Made by a program: the position numbers and the translations under genes
The notes under the pieces: generated by a model
What the model saw: only the letters and a program-made list of their open reading frames with translations
Told to the model about the DNA's origin: nothing
Database searches by the model: none
Source of the DNA: a virus
Lineage: Duplodnaviria; Caudoviricetes
DNA: 36,563 nt
IMG/VR virus record: IMGVR_UViG_3300032212_000083
Coordinates: 1-36,563 of that record
Reading direction: 5' to 3' (one strand)
Part shown: positions 1-6,720 of the stretch, in pieces
Position numbering within the stretch: the first letter of the stretch is position 1
Layout: each line of letters starts with the position of its first letter

Positions 1-127
1 AAATATATCGTGATATGTTTTTCTGCTGTAAATTCTCTGTAGCTTTAAATTTGCTCTTATCCCTAGTCTTTCACTAAAAGATGCAAATATTGTTTTAAAA
101 TTAGGGTGTTTACCTGCTACCCATGAT
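1..127. repeat. Terminal direct repeat (assembly overlap of a circular contig), identical to 36437-36563
   Basis: The first 127 nt match the last 127 nt exactly; terL reads in frame across the join. Confidence 0.97.
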
Positions 128-360
128 ATAAAATCTGTTATCGCTTCACTCTTACCATGTTGAGGTGGAGCTTCGATTATAAGCATAGGCTTTTTACCAG
201 CTACCAACTCATCATAAAATTGCTGTAGCTTCTCTGATAGTTCATCTGTGAACCAATTTGTTTTTAACTTAGGGCTTATTAGTCGTCTGTATTGCTTAAA
301 GTCATTACGTGCCAATATCACTTTATAATTATAAATAGCTTGTAATTGTTTAGCTGTTAT
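1..360 (-). CDS. terL: Terminase large subunit, N-terminal part (continues at 36436 down to 35378)
   Basis: Open frame ITAKQLQAIYNYKVILARNDF...PMLIIEAPPQHGKSEAITDF carries a terminase Walker A and is in frame with ORF 35378..36373 across the join. Start is ATA at 360 or GTG at 321. Confidence 0.92.
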   Translation of the reverse strand, partial: MTAKQLQAIYNYKVILARNDFKQYRRLISPKLKTNWFTDELSEKLQQFYDELVAGKKPMLIIEAPPQHGKSEAITDFISWVAGKHPNFKTIFASFSERLGIRANLKLQRIYSRKTYHDIF

Positions 361-935
361 TGGTCTGTAAGCATTGATAGTGGAACTCCTAATTCTAGCG
401 CTTGCTTCTCTGCTTCTTCTAGTGTTAGCTCTTTTGTGTTGTCTTTTGACTCTATACTGTTATCATCTTTTTGTTTGTATGTTTCAGTAGCTCCAAATAA
501 CTGTTTTCTATTTCCTTCCGTAGTTTTACTTATAGCCATAAGGTTAGGTAGGTGTGCAACTGCCAATGCTCTATCATCTCCTATTTGCTCTCTTAACTCA
601 TCTTGTGCCATGTTTACTAACTCTTGATTTTCTAGTGTTGAATTATTGAAAAGATTTAGCCCTTGTGCCATTGTTAAATATACTTCATTATATGCTTCTT
701 TTTGCTTCGGACTAAGCTCGGACTTCTCGGACTTAATTTCATTCCCTATTATAGTATTAGTAATTTCACGCTCTACAAGCTTTTTTATCTCGGACTTTAC
801 TAAGCCTTCTTTCTTTATCAAATTGCGTACTGTTTTCTCACTTACCCCTATTTGCTTACCTATCTCCACATTAGATAAATCACCTACTGATACCAAAGCT
901 CTTATTTGCTCTTTTTGTTCTTCACTGGTTGCCAT
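357..935 (-). CDS. terS: Terminase small subunit
   Basis: N-terminal HTH (LSNVEIGKQIGVSEKTVRNLIKK), helical body, immediately upstream of terL. Confidence 0.8.
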   Translation of the reverse strand: MATSEEQKEQIRALVSVGDLSNVEIGKQIGVSEKTVRNLIKKEGLVKSEIKKLVEREITNTIIGNEIKSEKSELSPKQKEAYNEVYLTMAQGLNLFNNSTLENQELVNMAQDELREQIGDDRALAVAHLPNLMAISKTTEGNRKQLFGATETYKQKDDNSIESKDNTKELTLEEAEKQALELGVPLSMLTDQ

Positions 936-943
936 TACATAAC

Positions 944-1216
944 CTATTTACCTAGCACTTTAATAAGAGTCAGTAACGCTTCTCGTTTTCCGTTTAGTTC
1001 TTTCTCTTGCTTCTTAGTATTGGTACACTCAATTAATGCACCCTCTATAGCTCTAATCATACTCTCTGCATTTAGTTTACTCTCTAAGTTGCTTTTGCGT
1101 TCTGTCGAGAATTTTAACCTCTTGCTATCTTTTGCATATTGGTCTAAGTGCATCATGCACAATCTGTTTGCTTGTGATAGTGTTGTAATCATTAATAATA
1201 TAAGTAGTGCTTTCAT
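944..1216 (-). CDS. Small secreted helical protein with predicted signal peptide
   Basis: MKALLILLMITTLSQA-N signal-like N-terminus, AAGGA RBS, two Cys. Confidence 0.7.
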   Translation of the reverse strand: MKALLILLMITTLSQANRLCMMHLDQYAKDSKRLKFSTERKSNLESKLNAESMIRAIEGALIECTNTKKQEKELNGKREALLTLIKVLGK

Positions 1217-1226
1217 ATGTATTCCT

Positions 1227-1433
1227 TTAAAATAAACTCGGTTGATACTTGACTTTGTTTACCCATACAATCTCGCCCTCATGTAAACAAGCTCTTATAT
1301 CTATAATATCATCTCTGCCTATTACTTTAAGTAAGTCTCTTATATCTCGTTCCTCTTTGATGGGTAAAAACATTCCATTCATTCTTATACGCTCTAAACC
1401 TAAGTCGGTTGAACATATAAGAGTGTAATTCAT
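1227..1433 (-). CDS. Hypothetical protein
   Basis: 68-aa ORF with ATGA overlap to the upstream HTH gene. Confidence 0.65.
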   Translation of the reverse strand: MNYTLICSTDLGLERIRMNGMFLPIKEERDIRDLLKVIGRDDIIDIRACLHEGEIVWVNKVKYQPSLF

Positions 1434-1573
1434 GGCTCTTTAGTTAGTCTTTCGTACTGAATACCTTTTTTAATGTACTCAATGGCTAAAGGCTCTCGCT
1501 TCTTCCATGCGTAAAAAGTAGATGGCTTTTTGTCGAGTAGCTTCATTACTTCCTCGTTTGTTATCTTTTTCAT
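1430..1573 (-). CDS. Small HTH DNA-binding protein (47 aa), probably leaderless
   Basis: MKKITNEEVMKLLDKKPSTFYAWKKREPLAIEYIKKGIQYERLTKEP; HTH pattern; TATAAT lies 5 nt upstream of the ATG. Confidence 0.7.
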   Translation of the reverse strand: MKKITNEEVMKLLDKKPSTFYAWKKREPLAIEYIKKGIQYERLTKEP

Positions 1574-1578
1574 AGTGT

Positions 1579-1584
1579 ATTATA
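1579..1584 (-). promoter_or_regulatory. -10 box TATAAT for the HTH gene, possibly the packaging/late operon promoter
   Basis: TATAAT-acact-ATG on the minus strand in an intergenic gap. Confidence 0.6.
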
Positions 1585-1620
1585 CATCATTATGGATAAA
1601 ATTAGACTTTAATTGTTGAT

Positions 1621-1749
1621 TTACTTGCAAGATTGATAAGGAATGCGATAAAATGGCTTCATAGGCTTTTTGCACTTAAAGCATATCTTTACATCATAAT
1701 ACTCTTGTTTACAGTCGTAGCACTTGTAGAGGGGTTTTAAACTAGCCAT
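1621..1749 (-). CDS. Zinc-ribbon microprotein (42 aa)
   Basis: MASLKPLYKCYDCKQEYYDVKICFKCKKPMKPFYRIPYQSCK; two CxxC; overlaps the upstream stop. Confidence 0.55.
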   Translation of the reverse strand: MASLKPLYKCYDCKQEYYDVKICFKCKKPMKPFYRIPYQSCK

Positions 1750-1822
1750 ATTGATACACCACTAAAGCAAGTATAAAAGCTAGTGAGATTATGATTACTT
1801 TCTTTTCATCTTCATTAAACAT
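1742..1822 (-). CDS. Single-TM micropeptide (26 aa), probably leaderless
   Basis: MFNEDEKKVIIISLAFILALVVYQYG; TACAAT-acacc-ATG. Confidence 0.5.
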   Translation of the reverse strand: MFNEDEKKVIIISLAFILALVVYQYG

Positions 1823-1949
1823 GGTGTATTGTAGCGTGTTTTTGTGAGGTGGTTTATTTTGTAGGCAAATCAACACATCTATTGTAGTAGATATGTTGCT
1901 GTAGTAACTTCTTTATTATGAATAGATTTTAATTATCTCTTGTTTTAGC

Positions 1950-2342
1950 TTATATCTTACTTATCAGACTCTTAGCCACTCTTAAACTATTTATAGCCAA
2001 CCCATTAACATTAGATGCCCTGCTCAATGCTTCAAGATGCTTTTTGTTTATCTTGTATGGCTTGAATAGTTCCTCTTTTTGAACCACCATGAAGTAAATC
2101 ACACTTGCAATAGATATGCTAATTTCATTATCTATCTCAGCCCATGAAGCTCTAAAGACTTTATCGGCATCATCTACTAAAGTGTTGTATGTGTTAAAGC
2201 ATTGATTACGCTTTACTGTGAACTTGCTCTTAAATGCGTTTCCTAGCTTAGCTCTAGGCTTTTTACCAAATGGGTAATCGTGACCTATTGAGAATAGTAA
2301 GGAGTGGGCTAAAAGCCCTGCTATTGTTTGTTTATCGTTCAT
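1950..2342 (-). CDS. Hypothetical protein
   Basis: 130-aa ORF overlapping the upstream gene. Confidence 0.75.
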   Translation of the reverse strand: MNDKQTIAGLLAHSLLFSIGHDYPFGKKPRAKLGNAFKSKFTVKRNQCFNTYNTLVDDADKVFRASWAEIDNEISISIASVIYFMVVQKEELFKPYKINKKHLEALSRASNVNGLAINSLRVAKSLISKI

Positions 2343-2706
2343 GCTTTTTTAGCCTCTTTCGTTTTTTCATTATGTACTTAAAGACAACTTCCATATCTTT
2401 ATGATAGTACGATTTTTTAGCCCTATTACACAGTTTACACAAAGCCAAACCATTACTCACTACCGTAAGACCGCCCTTGCTAAATGGCTTTTTGTGGTCT
2501 GCCTCAAAAGAATGTGCTTCACCTGCGAATGGAACTAACTTGACTTTACAATAAGGGTTTTGACAATAAGCAATACCTTTTATCTCTGCTTGTTTCCATA
2601 GATAGTTCTTTTGATAGCTATTGAATAGCCTCTTATGCTTTGGCTTACTCCATGCTGTTACTGCTAGGAGCAGGAAGATTATTAGAGATGAGGTTATGAG
2701 GTTCAT
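2332..2706 (-). CDS. HNH endonuclease with N-terminal signal peptide or membrane anchor
   Basis: CQNPYC...EADHKKPFSKGG...NGLALCKLCNRAK HNH motif; hydrophobic N-terminus MNLITSSLIIFLLLAVTAWS. Confidence 0.85.
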   Translation of the reverse strand: MNLITSSLIIFLLLAVTAWSKPKHKRLFNSYQKNYLWKQAEIKGIAYCQNPYCKVKLVPFAGEAHSFEADHKKPFSKGGLTVVSNGLALCKLCNRAKKSYYHKDMEVVFKYIMKKRKRLKKHER

Positions 2707-2707
2707 A

Positions 2708-2884
2708 TTATCCCTCTTTTATATCTGTGATAAAAACACTATCAAAGGCTACATTGTTGTCTTTAGCTAATCTTCTTTTAGCTGTATCGTGTGCTTCATC
2801 TTTATTATGTGCATTAACAGATATACTATCGTTGAAATTAAACGTTAAACCTCTGAGGTTTGCTTTTACTTCGTATACCATCAT
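2708..2884 (-). CDS. Hypothetical protein (58 aa)
   Basis: MMVYEVKANLRGLTFNFNDSISVNAHNKDEAHDTAKRRLAK...; fills the gap in the operon. Confidence 0.6.
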   Translation of the reverse strand: MMVYEVKANLRGLTFNFNDSISVNAHNKDEAHDTAKRRLAKDNNVAFDSVFITDIKEG

Positions 2885-2892
2885 TTACTCTT

Positions 2893-3069
2893 TTATCCAA
2901 ACTGAATAGCTCTCGCCATTCTATCAGCCTTACCATCTTTTAAATCATGGTACATTTTTGTTTCGTTACGTCTCTCTGACTTGATTTTAAAGTAACACCC
3001 ATCACATTTATAGTCTACGATTGAAGCAGGTGTTATCAAACAACCGCATTTACATTTATTTATTTTCAT
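2893..3069 (-). CDS. Small Cys-rich protein
   Basis: MKINKCKCGC...CDGC; AGGAG RBS before the ATG at 3069. Confidence 0.6.
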   Translation of the reverse strand: MKINKCKCGCLITPASIVDYKCDGCYFKIKSERRNETKMYHDLKDGKADRMARAIQFG

Positions 3070-3259
3070 GGTCTTTCTCCTGTGATAAATCATAGTTGTA
3101 AGCCTTAACATAAATCACCCATAGGCTTTTCTTTTTGGCTTCATGCTTCTCTTTTAGTTGTTTCATGGCTTCTGTAGCAGAACGTAGATTAGAAAATTTA
3201 TCCTCGAAATGTTTTGCTAAGACTCTGTAGTCTATTTTTATGTTTTTCATTTTTCTCAT
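3056..3259 (-). CDS. Hypothetical protein
   Basis: First ORF after the promoter at 3277-3316; AAGGTG RBS. Confidence 0.6.
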   Translation of the reverse strand: MRKMKNIKIDYRVLAKHFEDKFSNLRSATEAMKQLKEKHEAKKKSLWVIYVKAYNYDLSQEKDHENK

Positions 3260-3276
3260 AACTCACCTTTTTGTTT

Positions 3277-3316
3277 ATTATACCAAGTTTTCTTTACAAT
3301 ATCAAGTAATCTTTAC
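3277..3316 (-). promoter_or_regulatory. Strong sigma70-type promoter, copy 1
   Basis: gtaaagattacTTGATA-17 nt-TATAAT; near-identical copy at 6833-6872. Confidence 0.8.
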
Positions 3317-3562
3317 TTAAATTTCATTATTTATAGAGTTAGCTTTTTCAATCATAGACAACTTTTTAACGTTCTCTTTATTGAACTGCTTATAGACTTC
3401 AATCTCTGTGATTAGTTCGCCATTGTATTTTTGTGAACGCTCTAAGCTTCGTCTTGTATCTTTCAGCATATTAGCTTGGTCGATAAGTTCATAGAGCTTT
3501 GTTCGCTGTTCGCCCTTGCTGAGTGAGAAAAACTCTTTTTCGTATTGTAGTCTGTTAATCAT
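3317..3562 (-). CDS. Hypothetical coiled-coil protein
   Basis: 81-aa ORF with ATGA overlap to micropeptide 5. Confidence 0.7.
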   Translation of the reverse strand: MINRLQYEKEFFSLSKGEQRTKLYELIDQANMLKDTRRSLERSQKYNGELITEIEVYKQFNKENVKKLSMIEKANSINNEI

Positions 3563-3645
3563 ATTAGCCCTTTATTTACAAAGAATAGTGATATTATAAC
3601 CACAAGAGCTAATATTGTTATGGGTACGTAGTCAAATAGATTCAT
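3559..3645 (-). CDS. Single-TM micropeptide 5 (28 aa)
   Basis: MNLFDYVPITILALVVIISLFFVNKGLI; starts 1 nt after the previous stop. Confidence 0.6.
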   Translation of the reverse strand: MNLFDYVPITILALVVIISLFFVNKGLI

Positions 3646-3646
3646 C

Positions 3647-3730
3647 TTAAAACCTTATTGTTTTTATCATGTGGATAGTGTTTGCTGTGATGATTAATAT
3701 TACTGTTAGTAGGGTGATAGTGTCGTTCAT
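3647..3730 (-). CDS. Single-TM micropeptide 4 (27 aa)
   Basis: MNDTITLLTVILIITANTIHMIKTIRF; GGGAG RBS; ATGA overlap. Confidence 0.6.
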   Translation of the reverse strand: MNDTITLLTVILIITANTIHMIKTIRF

Positions 3731-3834
3731 CTATACATCTCCCTAGTTCGTTTCTTTTGAATAGCACCACGTATAAAACTAAATGCTAAAATGACTGTGA
3801 AAAATATCATTGTGTAAAGTGGTAAACTAATCAT
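3727..3834 (-). CDS. Single-TM micropeptide 3 (35 aa)
   Basis: MISLPLYTMIFFTVILAFSFIRGAIQKKRTREMYR; GAGGA RBS; ATGA overlap. Confidence 0.65.
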   Translation of the reverse strand: MISLPLYTMIFFTVILAFSFIRGAIQKKRTREMYR

Positions 3835-3902
3835 GTTTTGATTCCTCTCGTTACGATTAAAGTTACTAATAGAATAACTAAAAAAGCTAGTGTGAAATAC
3901 AT
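3831..3902 (-). CDS. Single-TM micropeptide 2 (23 aa)
   Basis: MYFTLAFLVILLVTLIVTRGIKT; TAATG overlap. Confidence 0.6.
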   Translation of the reverse strand: MYFTLAFLVILLVTLIVTRGIKT

Positions 3903-3997
3903 TACTTTGCAAGCTCTAATATAAGAGCAACTAAAAAAGGTATGGATAAAATACCTAAGACCACAAATAGCCCCATCAGACTTTTAAATTTTTTCAT
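3902..3997 (-). CDS. Single-TM micropeptide 1 (31 aa)
   Basis: MKKFKSLMGLFVVLGILSIPFLVALILELAK; AAGGA RBS; ATGA overlap with 3994..4314. Confidence 0.65.
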   Translation of the reverse strand: MKKFKSLMGLFVVLGILSIPFLVALILELAK

Positions 3998-4314
3998 TTT
4001 TGTTCCTTATCGTTCAATATCCACTCACTAGCCTTAACCATATTAAAAGGTGAAAAATCATCTAATGAGCATATTTGATTAACTAGCATCATTCTGTAGT
4101 ATACGTCTACACAATCTCGGCTTATATGTATCCCATAGCCCTCTTTGATGCTCCACTCTCGTAGCATGAAACTAAACTCAAATAAATTAACCTTTTTTGT
4201 ATACTCTCTTTTGCCATCTTTAACATTGATAATAAGGTTTTCTCCATGCACTTTATACCCAACTGCATCTATGTTTAAAACTTTTTTTAATAGCTTTGTT
4301 GTTGGGTAGCTCAA
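3994..4314 (-). CDS. Hypothetical protein
   Basis: 106-aa ORF, TTG start after AAGGA RBS. Confidence 0.7.
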   Translation of the reverse strand: MSYPTTKLLKKVLNIDAVGYKVHGENLIINVKDGKREYTKKVNLFEFSFMLREWSIKEGYGIHISRDCVDVYYRMMLVNQICSLDDFSPFNMVKASEWILNDKEQK

Positions 4315-4316
4315 TG

Positions 4317-4562
4317 TTATTCCTTTGCTTCAAATTTATTGCAACTAAAATTAGCCATTATGGATAGTTGGCTTATAACCTCAAAATCATCATCGTAAAA
4401 TGTATGTAAGGCACAATATACGTTATCTATTGAGTAATGGCAGTTAATGCACTTCTCATACTCTAAAACATCAAATATCTTATTGACTTGCTCATTGGCT
4501 TTAGTCATGGCTTTGTAATCGTAGCAGTCATGAGGTTTTAATATGTAATCTTCTCTTGTCAT
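4317..4562 (-). CDS. Small Cys-rich protein
   Basis: CINC...C...C pattern; flanked by 13-bp direct repeats. Confidence 0.7.
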   Translation of the reverse strand: MTREDYILKPHDCYDYKAMTKANEQVNKIFDVLEYEKCINCHYSIDNVYCALHTFYDDDFEVISQLSIMANFSCNKFEAKE

Positions 4563-4563
4563 G

Positions 4564-4953
4564 TTATTCCTTTACTTCTTGGATTGTTACTTTGTACGAT
4601 GCTCCAAACCTTACAGTATTAGATATACATTTTAAATTGCCATTTACATAAGGTGATTTTAGCTCTAATACAGTTGATTTTATATTTTTAAGTTCAAACT
4701 CTGTTACTACATTATCTTTATAGGTTTGTAGTTCTGCTTCTAACTCTTTGATTTTTTGAGTAAGTTTTATATTCAATGGATTAGCGTGTACTATTTGTAG
4801 TTCTGTTTGTAGTTGTTCGACATAACTAAATATATCACCTATTATAATATCAACTGCATCATGGGATATTAATTTTTCACAATCCATCTCCCGCTCTTGA
4901 TGATAAAATTTTAGCTGTTTTGCTTCTTCAAAAGTTATTTCTTCTTTCATCAC
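4564..4953 (-). CDS. Hypothetical protein (coiled coil)
   Basis: 129-aa ORF, GAGGTG RBS. Confidence 0.7.
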   Translation of the reverse strand: MMKEEITFEEAKQLKFYHQEREMDCEKLISHDAVDIIIGDIFSYVEQLQTELQIVHANPLNIKLTQKIKELEAELQTYKDNVVTEFELKNIKSTVLELKSPYVNGNLKCISNTVRFGASYKVTIQEVKE

Positions 4954-5336
4954 TCACCTCTCTTAAAAGCCACTAGAGCTATGTATGGATTACTTTCGTA
5001 AAATCCTTGTCCGTATTGTTCGTTTATCCAACTTCCGTTAGTTGTGATACATACATTTTGCATTAATTCTTTCCATTCTAAAATGCTTAAATCTTGCACT
5101 TTCTTAATCTGTATATCTACCGTTTTAAAATATGGTAAACCTATGATTCTACAATCGTCCATGTCTGTAACATAAAACTTATCACCTATTTGTAGTGGTA
5201 AAAAGTCATACACATCAAAAGGACTATTTCTCATGTGCTGTATTTCTGTTTCTCTGTCAATCACCATCAACAACATACTGCAATCATTAGAGAGTGCTTG
5301 TGCTGTTTGGTCTGTTACTTGTATCTGCTTAGTCAT
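4950..5336 (-). CDS. Hypothetical protein, possibly ASCH/PUA-like
   Basis: Likely start MTKQIQV at 5336; PLQIGDKFYV...SNPYIALVAFKR resembles phage ASCH-like proteins. Confidence 0.55.
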   Translation of the reverse strand: MTKQIQVTDQTAQALSNDCSMLLMVIDRETEIQHMRNSPFDVYDFLPLQIGDKFYVTDMDDCRIIGLPYFKTVDIQIKKVQDLSILEWKELMQNVCITTNGSWINEQYGQGFYESNPYIALVAFKRGE

Positions 5337-5541
5337 GTGAGTCCCTTGACCTATAAATATTACAATCTTGAACCTCGTTTGGTCTGTTGCCATTATTGTT
5401 TGTAGCGTAAGGGTAGCCATAATCGCAACTATCGCAAGTTATACCATCAAACCAAATACAAGTAGGACAAAGCTTAATATACTTCTCTATCTCACATAGT
5501 ATATTTGGGATAAAATCTTCCTTTTTAATTTCATCTTTCAT
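5329..5541 (-). CDS. Small Cys-rich protein
   Basis: CPTC...CDSC; starts at the linker repeat. Confidence 0.65.
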   Translation of the reverse strand: MKDEIKKEDFIPNILCEIEKYIKLCPTCIWFDGITCDSCDYGYPYATNNNGNRPNEVQDCNIYRSRDSHD

Positions 5542-5576
5542 CTATTCTTCTCCTACTTGTATTTGTTTAGTCATGA

Positions 5577-5705
5577 TTAATTCTCCCAATAAAATACTGT
5601 ATAAATATTGCTGTTATCCTGACATACTGATACTATTTCACTACGTCTTCTATTCATGAATCTTAACATTTCTTCTTTGTTTGTAAATTCCTTTAACTTA
5701 ATCAT
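5577..5705 (-). CDS. Hypothetical microprotein (42 aa)
   Basis: MIKLKEFTNKEEMLRFMNRRRSEIVSVCQDNSNIYTVFYWEN; starts at the linker repeat. Confidence 0.6.
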   Translation of the reverse strand: MIKLKEFTNKEEMLRFMNRRRSEIVSVCQDNSNIYTVFYWEN

Positions 5706-5855
5706 CTATTCTTCTCCTTTGTCCGTATATTTTCTAATTAATTTCATATCAGAAGTCTTAAAGCACTCATCACACATAACTAATTCTTTACCCATGAGCC
5801 TAATTACTACAAACTTAGTTTCAGCTCTGTTTTTATTGCAAGTTTTGCACTTCAT
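5706..5855 (-). CDS. Zinc-finger microprotein (49 aa)
   Basis: MKCKTC...MCDECF...KGEE; bounded by linker repeats. Confidence 0.65.
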   Translation of the reverse strand: MKCKTCNKNRAETKFVVIRLMGKELVMCDECFKTSDMKLIRKYTDKGEE

Positions 5856-6097
5856 TTATTCTTCTCCTTTAGTTGGCTTCTGAGGTAATCTTCATTTTCT
5901 TTTATATTCTTCACTTCAATATTCGGAACAACATCAACATACCCATATTCTTTTCTATCTACACAGTAATAAAATGCTCTATTATGTTCAAATGAGTCAA
6001 CCTGCTCTTTGGTATAAAAATGGGTATAGCCTAACTCATTTAACATTTTCAGCAACTCATCATTAATAAATAAATAACTATATTTTGGGCTTCTCAT
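5852..6097 (-). CDS. Hypothetical protein
   Basis: 81-aa ORF bounded by linker repeats. Confidence 0.7.
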   Translation of the reverse strand: MRSPKYSYLFINDELLKMLNELGYTHFYTKEQVDSFEHNRAFYYCVDRKEYGYVDVVPNIEVKNIKENEDYLRSQLKEKNK

Positions 6098-6520
6098 CTA
6101 TTCTTCTCCTTTATGTATGCCAATAATTTTCCCTGATATAAACCAACAATCATCACCTCTTGCAATCTCCCCATTATTTAATGACTGGCACAATATCCCT
6201 AAGCTATCACTATTGAAATATAAGAAAAAACTTCTGTTTCTTTCTTCACTTGGGATATCATAGTCCATATATCCAGTTATTCCATTCATTAAGTCTCCAC
6301 CCTTTCCATCTTCACTAAGAGAGGCAAAGATAGGTTTATTATCACTATCGTTCATTCCGCTATTTGTGAAGTGTATAGCTATTGTAGATGGGTCTACTTG
6401 AAAGCTAGTAAATGGGTCTGTTTGAATAAAACTACACCCATTACTGCTAGTGCTATCACCCTCTATAAACTCATCACTATTAAGCTTTTTAGCTCTGTAG
6501 ATTGTTTCAACTGTTTTCAC
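6098..6520 (-). CDS. YopX-like phage protein
   Basis: IYRAKK...FIEG...VDPSTI...GMNDSDNKPIF...GD...IIGIH matches the YopX family layout. Confidence 0.65.
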   Translation of the reverse strand: MKTVETIYRAKKLNSDEFIEGDSTSSNGCSFIQTDPFTSFQVDPSTIAIHFTNSGMNDSDNKPIFASLSEDGKGGDLMNGITGYMDYDIPSEERNRSFFLYFNSDSLGILCQSLNNGEIARGDDCWFISGKIIGIHKGEE

Positions 6521-6711
6521 TTAGAGTCCTTTACATCTAGGATTAATTTTATATATTCTTCTGCTTGAATCTTGGTATTAAAATACCTTGTAACTTTAAA
6601 CCATATGGGTATAAATTTAATTTTACATTGAACACAGTAATATGTTTCTTGTAAATTATGAACTGTAATCCCAAAAAAATTTTCCGTATTAGATTTAATT
6701 CGATATTTCAT
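6517..6711 (-). CDS. Hypothetical protein
   Basis: 64 aa, AGGAG RBS. Confidence 0.65.
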   Translation of the reverse strand: MKYRIKSNTENFFGITVHNLQETYYCVQCKIKFIPIWFKVTRYFNTKIQAEEYIKLILDVKDSK

Positions 6712-6720
6712 AACTATCTC

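Larger units (their letters stand above)
5539..6110 (-). repeat. Four copies of a 16-bp gene-junction repeat AGGAGAAGAATA(G/A)ATG (5539, 5703, 5853, 6095)
   Basis: Plus-strand CATCTATTCTTCTCCT three times and CATTTATTCTTCTCCT once, each at an ORF boundary. Confidence 0.9.

Noticed and set aside
1871-1898. Intrinsic terminator
   Set aside because: An 11-bp minus-strand hairpin is present but has no convincing U-tract, so it is left uncalled.
2847-2861. Palindrome AAACCTC-T-GAGGTTT as an operator
   Set aside because: Single copy inside a coding region with no associated promoter.
3727-3912. 61-aa ORF from the TTG at 3912
   Set aside because: A better start with RBS and ATGA coupling is at 3834, and the upstream part is occupied by another micropeptide frame.
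5539-6110. CRISPR array or integron attC array
   Set aside because: Spacers are 134-226-bp gene-containing segments, the repeat is not palindromic, and no integron integrase is present.
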